Sequence record: MW385300.1
Direction: 5' to 3' (one strand)
Source of the DNA: Providencia phage PSTRCR_121
DNA length: 24,000 nt
Positions 1 to 7,260 of this stretch are shown here, one piece after another. Both the position numbers and the translations under genes were made by a program. Each line of letters starts with the position of its first letter. The first letter of the stretch is position 1. The notes under the pieces are model-generated. The model was not told the origin of the DNA, did no database searches, and saw only the letters and a list, made by a program, of their open reading frames with translations.

Positions 1-792
1 AATGAGACCATGAATTTAAAAGCAGGTAGTGGTTCTAGTTCACCAATTACATTGCGAAATTGGGGTTCAGGTGATAGAAAAAACGTATTTGAAGTTGGTG
101 ATAACCTTAGTTATTTCTTTTATGCTCAACGCAAAGGAAATAATACAATTGAATTTAATGTGAATGGTCCTATATTGACCAATGGTCAATCTGTTGCAAC
201 TCAACAATGGGTACAAAATAATGCTGGTGGGATGGCAACAATTAATGTTGTATATCCTGTTGGTGTTGTTATGTGGTTCGCCCAAAATAAAAACCCAAAT
301 AGCTTGTTCCCAGGAACAAAATGGGTTTATGTTGGCGAAAATAAAACAATTCGTTTAGCTAATAGTAACGGTAGTAATGTTATGTCATCTGGTGGTAATG
401 ATAATGTTGCTTTATCTGCTGGACATATGCCATCGCATACTCACTCATTTTCTGGTACAACTTCATGGTTTGATTATGGGTCTAAAGGTACTTCAGGTGG
501 TGGTGCCCATGATCATGGTGTTCCTTATTCTGTTGGTCACAACAACAACCTCCATATCGCAAACATTGACCAGTCCAGTTTTAAAGGAGAGAGTAAACCA
601 TTAAGCCTTAATGGTTTACGAAATGTTGAATATAAACTGAGAACTGATAGTAACGGTAACCATTCGCATAGTGTTGCAATTGGTGGTCACAACCATACGA
701 TTAGCGGTACTACAGGCGGTGCTGGTAGTGGATCTGCGTTTAGCGTAGTCAACTCATATGTCATGTTAATGGCTTGGTATAGAGAATCATAA
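1..792 (+). CDS. C-terminal part of a phage tail-fibre / tip protein (gp37-like distal fibre position); 5' end lies outside the window
   Basis: The frame is open upstream of the listed ATG (aat gag acc atg). Protein contains 'YPVGVVMWFAQNKNPNSLFPGTKWVYVG' followed by Gly/His-rich 'GHMPSHTHSF...GNHSHSVAIGGHNHTISGTTGGAGSGSAFSVVNSYVMLMAWYRES', typical of collar/tip domains. Located directly upstream of t. Confidence 0.75.
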   Translation, partial: NETMNLKAGSGSSSPITLRNWGSGDRKNVFEVGDNLSYFFYAQRKGNNTIEFNVNGPILTNGQSVATQQWVQNNAGGMATINVVYPVGVVMWFAQNKNPNSLFPGTKWVYVGENKTIRLANSNGSNVMSSGGNDNVALSAGHMPSHTHSFSGTTSWFDYGSKGTSGGGAHDHGVPYSVGHNNNLHIANIDQSSFKGESKPLSLNGLRNVEYKLRTDSNGNHSHSVAIGGHNHTISGTTGGAGSGSAFSVVNSYVMLMAWYRES

Positions 793-1415
793 TGGGTAAT
801 TTGTTGATAACTCTGTTATCGACGGTGTTTAAAGACGCTGACGGGAAATTAATCTTGTGGCGTCTTTTAGCTACAGTAATTATATGTATAGGTGCCTTTT
901 TCTGGTACGCAAGGACAGAATTATTTAATTTATATCGGGACACGAGATATGAAGCTTATCTCGAAGTACAAGCAAACGAGCGAGAAAATAAATTTCTTAA
1001 AACTGTACAAGAACAATTACAAATAGTACACGTATCGTCAGGGGCTGAATTTAGTGGAGTGACAGAATTCAGACCAAAAAATCGTAATTACTTTTTTGAT
1101 CTTATCGAATTTGAAGGGAAACTTCCAGATGCATTAAATCCAAATAATCTCGGAGGCTATCCAATAGACAAGACATCAGAAGAATACATTAAACATGCAA
1201 ATGGTGACTATTATGTTTCTGATACGACATTTAGACTTCCGACTAGAAGCCAATTAGAGCATAAACATGTTTTTTCTTGTCCATACTTTAATTTGGATAA
1301 TATATATGCAGGGAGTATTTTTATGATGTGGGATCAAGATCAGACCAGACTGCCCGATGATAGATTAAATTCAATCTGTTCATCGGCCAGTCGTACAATA
1401 GGAAGGACAAAATAA
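792..1415 (+). CDS. t: Holin (T4 t-like)
   Basis: 'EQLQIVHVSSGAEFSGVTEFRPKNRNYFFDLIEFEGKLP...LGGYPIDKT...CPYFNLDNIYAG' matches remembered T4 holin t motifs. N-terminal TM segment; start overlaps the upstream stop (TAATG). Confidence 0.95.
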   Translation: MGNLLITLLSTVFKDADGKLILWRLLATVIICIGAFFWYARTELFNLYRDTRYEAYLEVQANERENKFLKTVQEQLQIVHVSSGAEFSGVTEFRPKNRNYFFDLIEFEGKLPDALNPNNLGGYPIDKTSEEYIKHANGDYYVSDTTFRLPTRSQLEHKHVFSCPYFNLDNIYAGSIFMMWDQDQTRLPDDRLNSICSSASRTIGRTK

Positions 1416-1607
1416 TTATAAAGCAAGGATGCTACATTCTTTATTTAACAAAAACTTTTTGACCCGTCGAGCATGACGATGTTCTTTTTTAATATCTTCA
1501 GCACGACGCTTAATGCTTCTACGATTTTTATAGGTTTCACAAGGATAAGTATCATGACCAGGACAACAACGACCAGGTCTATATACTTCTACAATTTCTC
1601 TTTTCAT
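1416..1607 (-). CDS. Small basic Cys-containing unknown protein
   Basis: Start refined to ATG at 1607 with SD-like AAGG upstream; 'MKREIVEVYRPGRCCPGHDTYPCETYKNRRSIKRRAEDIKKEHRHARRVKKF'. Overlaps the 3' end of the upstream ORF. Confidence 0.65.
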   Translation of the reverse strand: MKREIVEVYRPGRCCPGHDTYPCETYKNRRSIKRRAEDIKKEHRHARRVKKFLLNKECSILAL

Positions 1608-2052
1608 TAAAATACCTTTTCCATTCATCTTCATGCCAGGTTTTGAAACTATCCACACAAGGTTTACAATACGGAAAATATCCGTCTTCAGAATTATCAG
1701 ATTTTTCAAAGTGATTAAATCCCTTTTCATGACCACAGCATTTGCATTTCTTAGAATCTTTTTCTACAAAATTTAATGGAACTTCAATTAAATCTTGATC
1801 TTCAATTAAATACGAATTCATGGTCCCGTTATCCCAATTAACTTCGTAACGACAGATCGAATAATCAGCAATCGTACCAATGACATCCGTAGGATTATCT
1901 TTAGCACCATTATTAAATTGCGAGTTCAATGCTAATACAACTCGAGTTCCTATATCATACTGGATCAGTGGTTTAGAAATTAAAAGTGCTTTATGATAAC
2001 CATAGATCTCGTGAACTTTTTCTCTGAAGCATTCATTGATTACATTATACAT
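1579..2052 (-). CDS. Unknown protein with C-terminal two-CxxC zinc-ribbon-like motif
   Basis: 'KKCKCCGHEKGFNHFEKSDNSEDGYFPYCKPCVDSF'; ORF overlaps neighbours like the rest of the operon. Confidence 0.7.
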   Translation of the reverse strand: MYNVINECFREKVHEIYGYHKALLISKPLIQYDIGTRVVLALNSQFNNGAKDNPTDVIGTIADYSICRYEVNWDNGTMNSYLIEDQDLIEVPLNFVEKDSKKCKCCGHEKGFNHFEKSDNSEDGYFPYCKPCVDSFKTWHEDEWKRYFNEKRNCRSI

Positions 2053-2351
2053 AATTTTTCCATTTTTTGGCGATACATGTTCGAATCATATGTGATAGTT
2101 CCATCTTTAAGGGAACCTCGAATACCTTTAATATGGTAGCCCTTAATGAAATCCTGGGACTCTTTTTCAGTGATGAATGTAATCACTAAGGTATCAAGCC
2201 CGGATTCCATACGGCTCTCTACAGGAGCTAGTTGGTCTACATAAGCAATGATACCATCATAGAATTCTTCTTTAGTCATTTCAGTTTTTGACTCAGAAAT
2301 GAAAATGTCTTCTATGCCATTCTTTTTGTATTTTGTTAGTGCATAAAACAT
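2040..2351 (-). CDS. Hypothetical protein
   Basis: 103-codon ORF, TGATG overlap with the upstream ORF. Confidence 0.65.
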   Translation of the reverse strand: MFYALTKYKKNGIEDIFISESKTEMTKEEFYDGIIAYVDQLAPVESRMESGLDTLVITFITEKESQDFIKGYHIKGIRGSLKDGTITYDSNMYRQKMEKLCIM

Positions 2352-2719
2352 CAGATGTAACCTCGATCTGTATAATCATTAATCCGAAAATTATACATAT
2401 GTGCATAATATCCGTTATGACAGTTACTTAACACAAGATAGTAATAACCGTGTTTTCCAGTAAGACCGAAAATAATATAGCCACCAGAATCAAGTGGTAA
2501 ATCATTAATTTCATCTTTTAATACTTCCGGGACTTCAATATCTGCACAGAAAAACACTAATTGTTCGTCAAATGCAGTATCATTAGAAATGGTATCACCG
2601 ACATCATTATAAATTTCATAATTCGCATATTCACAACAATGTTGGCTCATATCAAAACCAACATATTGGTCTAAACGATCAATGAAATTTACTTTGTTAC
2701 CTTCATGTTTAACTAACAT
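2351..2719 (-). CDS. Hypothetical protein
   Basis: ORF with in-frame ATG at 2719 preceded by TGAGGA; compact operon spacing. Confidence 0.65.
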   Translation of the reverse strand: MLVKHEGNKVNFIDRLDQYVGFDMSQHCCEYANYEIYNDVGDTISNDTAFDEQLVFFCADIEVPEVLKDEINDLPLDSGGYIIFGLTGKHGYYYLVLSNCHNGYYAHMYNFRINDYTDRGYI

Positions 2720-2730
2720 ATCATTTTTCC

Positions 2731-2925
2731 TCAGTGCCAATCTGAATTTAATTCATCTTCTGAAATAACCTGTAAATCATAATTATAAAATTCATTAAAT
2801 AAACCACAAATTTTATTTGCTTCTTCTTCGGTGTGGCAATATTGAATAGGAGTTATAACTCTTGATTCGTTATATTCGCCTTCACGAATCCACCGGTTTT
2901 CGACTTCGGCTACAATATAACCCAT
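2731..2925 (-). CDS. Hypothetical protein
   Basis: 64-codon ORF, SD 'TTGAGGTTATTATG'. Confidence 0.65.
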   Translation of the reverse strand: MGYIVAEVENRWIREGEYNESRVITPIQYCHTEEEANKICGLFNEFYNYDLQVISEDELNSDWH

Positions 2926-2932
2926 AATAACC

Positions 2933-3211
2933 TCAACAAAAAGAAGTGAACCAATTTAATTCAACAATCAAATATGCCTGTTCACCTGTATCAGTATTAT
3001 ATAGACGATAACGGAATGTATTCGCGATAGCATCATAATGAGGAGATTTATATTTTTCAGAGAAAATCCAACCATCGTTAGCAAATGCCTGAGCTTCGGT
3101 AATACCAGAAAAATGATATGGTTTAACGTTACCACCCATTTTGTTAATAGCCAGCTCCATACCATTTTTGTCACGAATAAAAATTAATGATAAACCTTGA
3201 ACCATATTCAT
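2933..3211 (-). CDS. Hypothetical protein
   Basis: 92-codon ORF, SD GGAG, TAATG overlap with the upstream stop. Confidence 0.65.
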   Translation of the reverse strand: MNMVQGLSLIFIRDKNGMELAINKMGGNVKPYHFSGITEAQAFANDGWIFSEKYKSPHYDAIANTFRYRLYNTDTGEQAYLIVELNWFTSFC

Positions 3212-3381
3212 TAGCCAAACTCCACAATGTCTTTTAAAAATTCGATTGAGTTACGTTCTTCGTAACGACATTTTAACCAATATATTGCGAAATCATGAGG
3301 ATAACCCTGTTTCATCATTTTCCGCATATAAGCCATATCATCAAGGGTAATGCCATAGATAATATATTTTTTGATAATCAT
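3211..3381 (-). CDS. Hypothetical small protein directly downstream of asiA
   Basis: Start refined to ATG 3381 (SD 'AAGGATTAATATG'), giving MIIKKYIIYGITLDDMAYMRK... Confidence 0.6.
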   Translation of the reverse strand: MIIKKYIIYGITLDDMAYMRKMMKQGYPHDFAIYWLKCRYEERNSIEFLKDIVEFG

Positions 3382-3382
3382 A

Positions 3383-3646
3383 TTAATCCTTAGAATACAT
3401 TGCAAGCGTACGATAAACTGATTTGTGGCCAACATTGAACTCTTCAATCACTGTTGCCTTTTCTTCATCAGAAAGACTACTCATAAGTTTAGCGAAATTA
3501 CTTTTATTAAATAACTTACCATTATTACGTAAGCCTAGTTCATTAATGAACTCAATGAATAAAGGCTTATTTTCAAGAATATCTTCACAATCAAATTTGA
3601 TTAAAATTGATGCAACATTAATAATTTCGCGAACTGTGTTAAGCAT
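3383..3646 (-). CDS. asiA: AsiA anti-sigma factor / sigma70 co-activator
   Basis: 'NTVREIINVASILIKFDCEDILENKPLFIEFINELG...EEFNVGHKSVYRTLAMYSKD' closely matches remembered T4 AsiA; 87 aa vs 90 aa. Confidence 0.95.
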   Translation of the reverse strand: MLNTVREIINVASILIKFDCEDILENKPLFIEFINELGLRNNGKLFNKSNFAKLMSSLSDEEKATVIEEFNVGHKSVYRTLAMYSKD

Positions 3647-3672
3647 AATACATCCTATTATTTTTAGTACTC

Positions 3673-4290
3673 TTATTTTGAAGCTTCGATCATTTTTGCC
3701 ATGTTTTCTTCAGTTGTTTCCATATCGATATAAAAATTGACACCTTTGTTTTTAACTGTAGCACCAGCTGCAACTAATTTGTCGATAGTACCTTGTGGAA
3801 TTTTATAACCAAAGATACGGATGATTCCTGCATGACGAACTTCGAATTGACGAATACCATTTAAACGTTTTTCGAGACGAATTTCTAAGTTGGAACGGTT
3901 TTCTGCAACTTCTTTAACAGTTACACCTTCAACTTCTTCGATAAGACCTTTAAATATTTCAGAAAAAGTTTTCATTTCTTCAGAAACACCTTTTGGTTTA
4001 CGAGTGTTACGAATTTTTGTTGGATTAGCTTTTGCATTTAAATCAGCTGCATCCAGAATAACTTGTTGACCATTTTCAGTAAGAACAAAACCTGTATCAG
4101 ATTTTTCGATGAAGCCTTTTTTGACTAAGACTCCGATGTTAGAGTTAGCTGAGGCTGAAGAAATTTCTGGAAGTTTTTCACGAATACCTGCCGCATCGAT
4201 AAAGTTGTTTTTTGCAATTACCATTAAGATTGAAGCGGTTTTTTCGTTTAATTCAGAGTTAGCTTGCATGATGAAATTGATCTTAGACAT
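3673..4290 (-). CDS. motA: MotA middle-transcription activator
   Basis: 'NEKTASILMVIAKNNFIDAAGIREKLPE...NSNIGVLVKKGFIEKS' and C-terminal 'LEKRLNGIRQFEV...MRIFGYK-like' (here GIIRIFGYK); SD CGGAG; 205 aa. Confidence 0.93.
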   Translation of the reverse strand: MSKINFIMQANSELNEKTASILMVIAKNNFIDAAGIREKLPEISSASANSNIGVLVKKGFIEKSDTGFVLTENGQQVILDAADLNAKANPTKIRNTRKPKGVSEEMKTFSEIFKGLIEEVEGVTVKEVAENRSNLEIRLEKRLNGIRQFEVRHAGIIRIFGYKIPQGTIDKLVAAGATVKNKGVNFYIDMETTEENMAKMIEASK

Positions 4291-4331
4291 TTTATTTCTC
4301 CGTTAATTTTTATTTCATATTTCGTTTTGAT

Positions 4332-4367
4332 GTGTCTATACTATCATTGCATAGACACGTTGTAAAC
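4332..4367 (-). promoter_or_regulatory. Putative early promoter of motA with an inverted repeat flanking the -10
   Basis: Minus strand: TTTACA (4361-4366) - 17 nt - TAGTAT (4338-4343); perfect 8-bp inverted repeat GTGTCTAT...ATAGACAC (4332-4339 / 4351-4358). Confidence 0.65.
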
Positions 4368-4384
4368 CATTATTTTAGCTTTTT

Positions 4385-4645
4385 TTAAAAAGTTTTTTCG
4401 AATTCATCAAATGATGAGCAGATATCCAGAGGAGAACCACCAAACTCGGCTGTCATATCTGTTGGGTCGACAAAAAGCTGAGTTTTGATGTACTCTTTTT
4501 CATCTAAGTCAATAGCCCAGACGATGTAGATCAACATTGGCTTAGGACCTTGACGAACTTCGTCTAACTTAACTTTCAGAACTTCAAAGTTATCCATATT
4601 TGTGCCAGTTGATTCAATAATTGTTTCGATTGTTGAGAGTAACAT
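4385..4645 (-). CDS. Hypothetical protein
   Basis: 86-codon ORF, SD CTGGAG; MLLSTIETIIESTGTNMDNFEVLKVK... Confidence 0.7.
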   Translation of the reverse strand: MLLSTIETIIESTGTNMDNFEVLKVKLDEVRQGPKPMLIYIVWAIDLDEKEYIKTQLFVDPTDMTAEFGGSPLDICSSFDEFEKTF

Positions 4646-4681
4646 TTTTATCTCCAGTTCGTGTTTCGTTTCGATGATGTA

Positions 4682-4710
4682 ATAGTATCATAATAGAAGC
4701 AGAAGTAAAC
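4682..4710 (-). promoter_or_regulatory. Putative early promoter
   Basis: Minus strand GTTTAC (4705-4710) - 17 nt - TACTAT (4682-4687), just downstream of the gene 52 promoter-proximal side's terminator boundary at 4734-4753 and upstream of the 4385-4645 ORF. Confidence 0.6.
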
Positions 4711-4727
4711 ACTTTTTTGAACAAAAA

Positions 4728-4753
4728 CGAAAAAAGGAACCCGAAGGTTCCTT
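4728..4753 (-). terminator. Rho-independent terminator after gene 52
   Basis: Minus strand AAGGAACC-TTCG-GGTTCCTT followed by TTTTTT. Confidence 0.85.
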
Positions 4754-4764
4754 AAATTGATGAT

Positions 4765-6126
4765 TTATAACTGAATATTATCTAAATCTTTTTTATATTC
4801 AACTTCAGACGTGGTAGATTTCCAGTATTCATACTCTTTTTTGAGCTCTTTTGCTTGGTCAACAAGCTTCTTGGCTTCTTCTTTTGTTATATGATATAGG
4901 TTCATAGAAATCAGTTTCTCTGAATGACCTTGAAGCCTATCTACAGCTTCGATATCTTTAATGACATCTGCTTTTTTACGACCAGAAATTTTTAGTTCAT
5001 CTTTAAGAACCATCGAGATAAATGTAGCCTTTGCCAAAGCCAGATCATATTTATCTTTATACTCTTTGATTTTATGCTCAATGCGAACATCGTAAAATTT
5101 CTTACGTACTTCTACAAAGTGTTTAATCAGATCAGACGATTTTTCAAAGTCTGAAGAATCTTTGATGTGGCCGTTTTCGTCGATAACTGTAAAGAATTGT
5201 GGAGCTTTTTGGACTAACCCAAATTCTTTCAGAATCTGCTGCCGTTGTGCTTCTGCATCGTCAGTAATTAACCCGAATTCTTTCTTCAATTTAACAAAGA
5301 ACGTAAATCGAACTTCGCCGGTCTTGGCATCTTTACCAGAATCGTCGTCATATTCAATTTTGCCGTCGTCTTGGAGTTTGTCAAGAACCTTTTCAATATA
5401 ACTATCGCGTTCCCATTTATACGGAATTTCTGTAATAGTTAATTGAGTCTTACCTTTCAGTTCGTATTTACCAATAAGCTCAACACCATTTTCAGACGGA
5501 ACAATATCGCCAGTGAACTGTGGAAAACTAACTTCTGGCTCTTTGTTCAGTTTTCCATCAACAGCAAGCTTTGTACATTCAACAACAGATTTTAACGAAT
5601 GTGGCAAAATGTTTGTTGAATAACCAGTTGCAATACCGCGAACACCATTTAAAAGAACTGTAGGAATAATAGGTAAATAGTGTTTTGGTGGAATATGTTC
5701 TTTGTCTGGATGTACTGGGCAGATTTCGATATCTTTGTATAAGTCAAAGAAATTTTGAGAAATTCGACAGAATACGTATCGAGCTGCGCCAGCTTTTTGA
5801 ATTAAACGAGAACCAAAAGCACCACGACCATCTAAGAATGGAATATTATTATTCCATGTATTGGCCATTTTGGCACCGGCTTCTGCTGCAGAACCTTCGC
5901 CGTGATGATACCCAAGCTCCGCCACACTACCAGATAAACCAGCGAGTTTATGGAATTTAAGCTTATCACCACGAGCTTTTTGTAACGCACTATAAATGAT
6001 GAAACGTTGGACGGGTTTGAATCCGTCCATCATATTAGGAATAGCACGTTCTTCTACAGTATACAGAGCGAATTCTTTTGCTTCGTTATCGATAATACTT
6101 GTTAAATCTCTGTTCTGTAATTTCAT
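4765..6126 (-). CDS. 52: DNA topoisomerase II medium (A-like) subunit gp52
   Basis: 'EERAIPNMMDGFKPVQRFIIYSAL...YHHGEGSAAEAGAKMANTWNNNIPFLDGRGAFGSRL...AARY' type II topoisomerase A-subunit region; SD AAGGG; 453 aa. Confidence 0.95.
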   Translation of the reverse strand: MKLQNRDLTSIIDNEAKEFALYTVEERAIPNMMDGFKPVQRFIIYSALQKARGDKLKFHKLAGLSGSVAELGYHHGEGSAAEAGAKMANTWNNNIPFLDGRGAFGSRLIQKAGAARYVFCRISQNFFDLYKDIEICPVHPDKEHIPPKHYLPIIPTVLLNGVRGIATGYSTNILPHSLKSVVECTKLAVDGKLNKEPEVSFPQFTGDIVPSENGVELIGKYELKGKTQLTITEIPYKWERDSYIEKVLDKLQDDGKIEYDDDSGKDAKTGEVRFTFFVKLKKEFGLITDDAEAQRQQILKEFGLVQKAPQFFTVIDENGHIKDSSDFEKSSDLIKHFVEVRKKFYDVRIEHKIKEYKDKYDLALAKATFISMVLKDELKISGRKKADVIKDIEAVDRLQGHSEKLISMNLYHITKEEAKKLVDQAKELKKEYEYWKSTTSEVEYKKDLDNIQL

Positions 6127-6134
6127 TTTAACCC

Positions 6135-6596
6135 TTATTGGAATTTAAAACCGAAGTTCGCTTTGATGAAACGTGAAATTTCATACATGTTATTATACTC
6201 ACCAGTTGGTGTTTTAGCGAACGATGCGAATAAAGAACCATGTTTATGAATTTGCGTTGTGATATATTTAGCATCTTTCATAGACACATAATAAATGTCA
6301 AAACGACCGTGTGTCATTAAACGGAGACGTGGTTTACTATTTTTCAACTGAGCATTACGAACGGTTGATACAAAACCAAATACACCTTGGTTGAACATAT
6401 TTTTAGGAGTCACGTTCAAACGACTTACAGAAAACATGCTTAGCGCAACTCCAGTTTTTTGGTCAATACAGAAATAAAAACCAGGACGGAACATTGCGTC
6501 GTCACTACGATCATGCTCAATCAGAGCACCCTTCACATACTCTGCTACTTTAGTAGAAAAGCCTTTTAAATCATTTAAAGTCATTTGAATTTTCAT
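6135..6596 (-). CDS. ndd: Ndd-like nucleoid disruption protein
   Basis: Start refined to 6596 (SD AGGAAATATTATG). 'FRPGFYFCIDQKTG', 'QGVFGFVSTVRNAQLK', 'EYNNMYEISRFIKANFGFKFQ' align with remembered T4 Ndd; 153 aa vs 151 aa. Confidence 0.85.
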   Translation of the reverse strand: MKIQMTLNDLKGFSTKVAEYVKGALIEHDRSDDAMFRPGFYFCIDQKTGVALSMFSVSRLNVTPKNMFNQGVFGFVSTVRNAQLKNSKPRLRLMTHGRFDIYYVSMKDAKYITTQIHKHGSLFASFAKTPTGEYNNMYEISRFIKANFGFKFQ

Positions 6597-6604
6597 AATA
6601 TTTC

Positions 6605-7204
6605 CTATTTGAATACAGTTAAAGGACATTCAGGTTCAACATAAAAATTTTTGCAAAGATACCAAGATTTTCGGTCTCTGCCACGTTTTATCAAATCAGG
6701 ATATTGTGTAAAGACATCTCTACCAATAACAAATCCAGGACGATACGTGAAGACGCCTGATTGATTTTCCTGTGTAAGGAATATAATCATAACATCTGCT
6801 ACGTTAGATGCTAAGAAAGCGTCTAGGCTTATTCCTTCGTTACTTGGGTGATTTGATGAACGTATATTAACCCACTTGTTACTAAAAGCACATTTAACTT
6901 CAATTCTTAAACCTTGATATTTTATATGACTCAAAACATCAAAAGCAAACGTAAATGGATCATTGATATCCTCTACACCAGAATAAGAACTGCCTTCCAT
7001 ATGACTAGCAACATACTGTTCAGCTAATAAAGACGCTGTCGTTACACGAATCAGTTGTTGACGATCACGAGTAGGATCACACTCTAGAGCATACTTAGCA
7101 GTGTCGATTATTTTGATCCTGGTCTCATCTGAGGCATCTTTTAAAGACATATTGAATTGACCTATCTCCGTTAAATGTTTGAATCCTGGTGTTGTTGACT
7201 TCAT
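6605..7204 (-). CDS. Putative PD-(D/E)XK-like nuclease in the position of T4 denB; start may be 7150 instead of 7204
   Basis: Located between rIIB and ndd. Contains '...DVLSHIKYQGLRIEVKCAF' (D...ExK). The first ATG is inside a -10-like TATACTATAATG sequence; internal ATG at 7150 gives MSLKDASDETRIK... Confidence 0.55.
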   Translation of the reverse strand: MKSTTPGFKHLTEIGQFNMSLKDASDETRIKIIDTAKYALECDPTRDRQQLIRVTTASLLAEQYVASHMEGSSYSGVEDINDPFTFAFDVLSHIKYQGLRIEVKCAFSNKWVNIRSSNHPSNEGISLDAFLASNVADVMIIFLTQENQSGVFTYRPGFVIGRDVFTQYPDLIKRGRDRKSWYLCKNFYVEPECPLTVFK

Positions 7205-7235
7205 TATAGTATACCATTCCTTTTTAGTTGTAAAA

Positions 7236-7257
7236 CAAAAAATGGGCCGAAGCCCAT
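7236..7257 (-). terminator. Rho-independent terminator after rIIB
   Basis: Minus strand ATGGGC-TTCG-GCCCAT then TTTTTTG. Confidence 0.88.
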
Positions 7258-7260
7258 TAA

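Noticed and set aside
377-604. ORFs overlapping the fibre and holin genes (67..285 -, 377..604 +, 761..943 -)
   Set aside because: Shadow frames within convincing genes; low-complexity translations.
5162-5401. Plus-strand and alternate-frame ORFs inside gene 52 (5162..5401 +, 5685..5960 -)
   Set aside because: Antisense or out-of-frame to a well-supported topoisomerase gene; compositionally odd.
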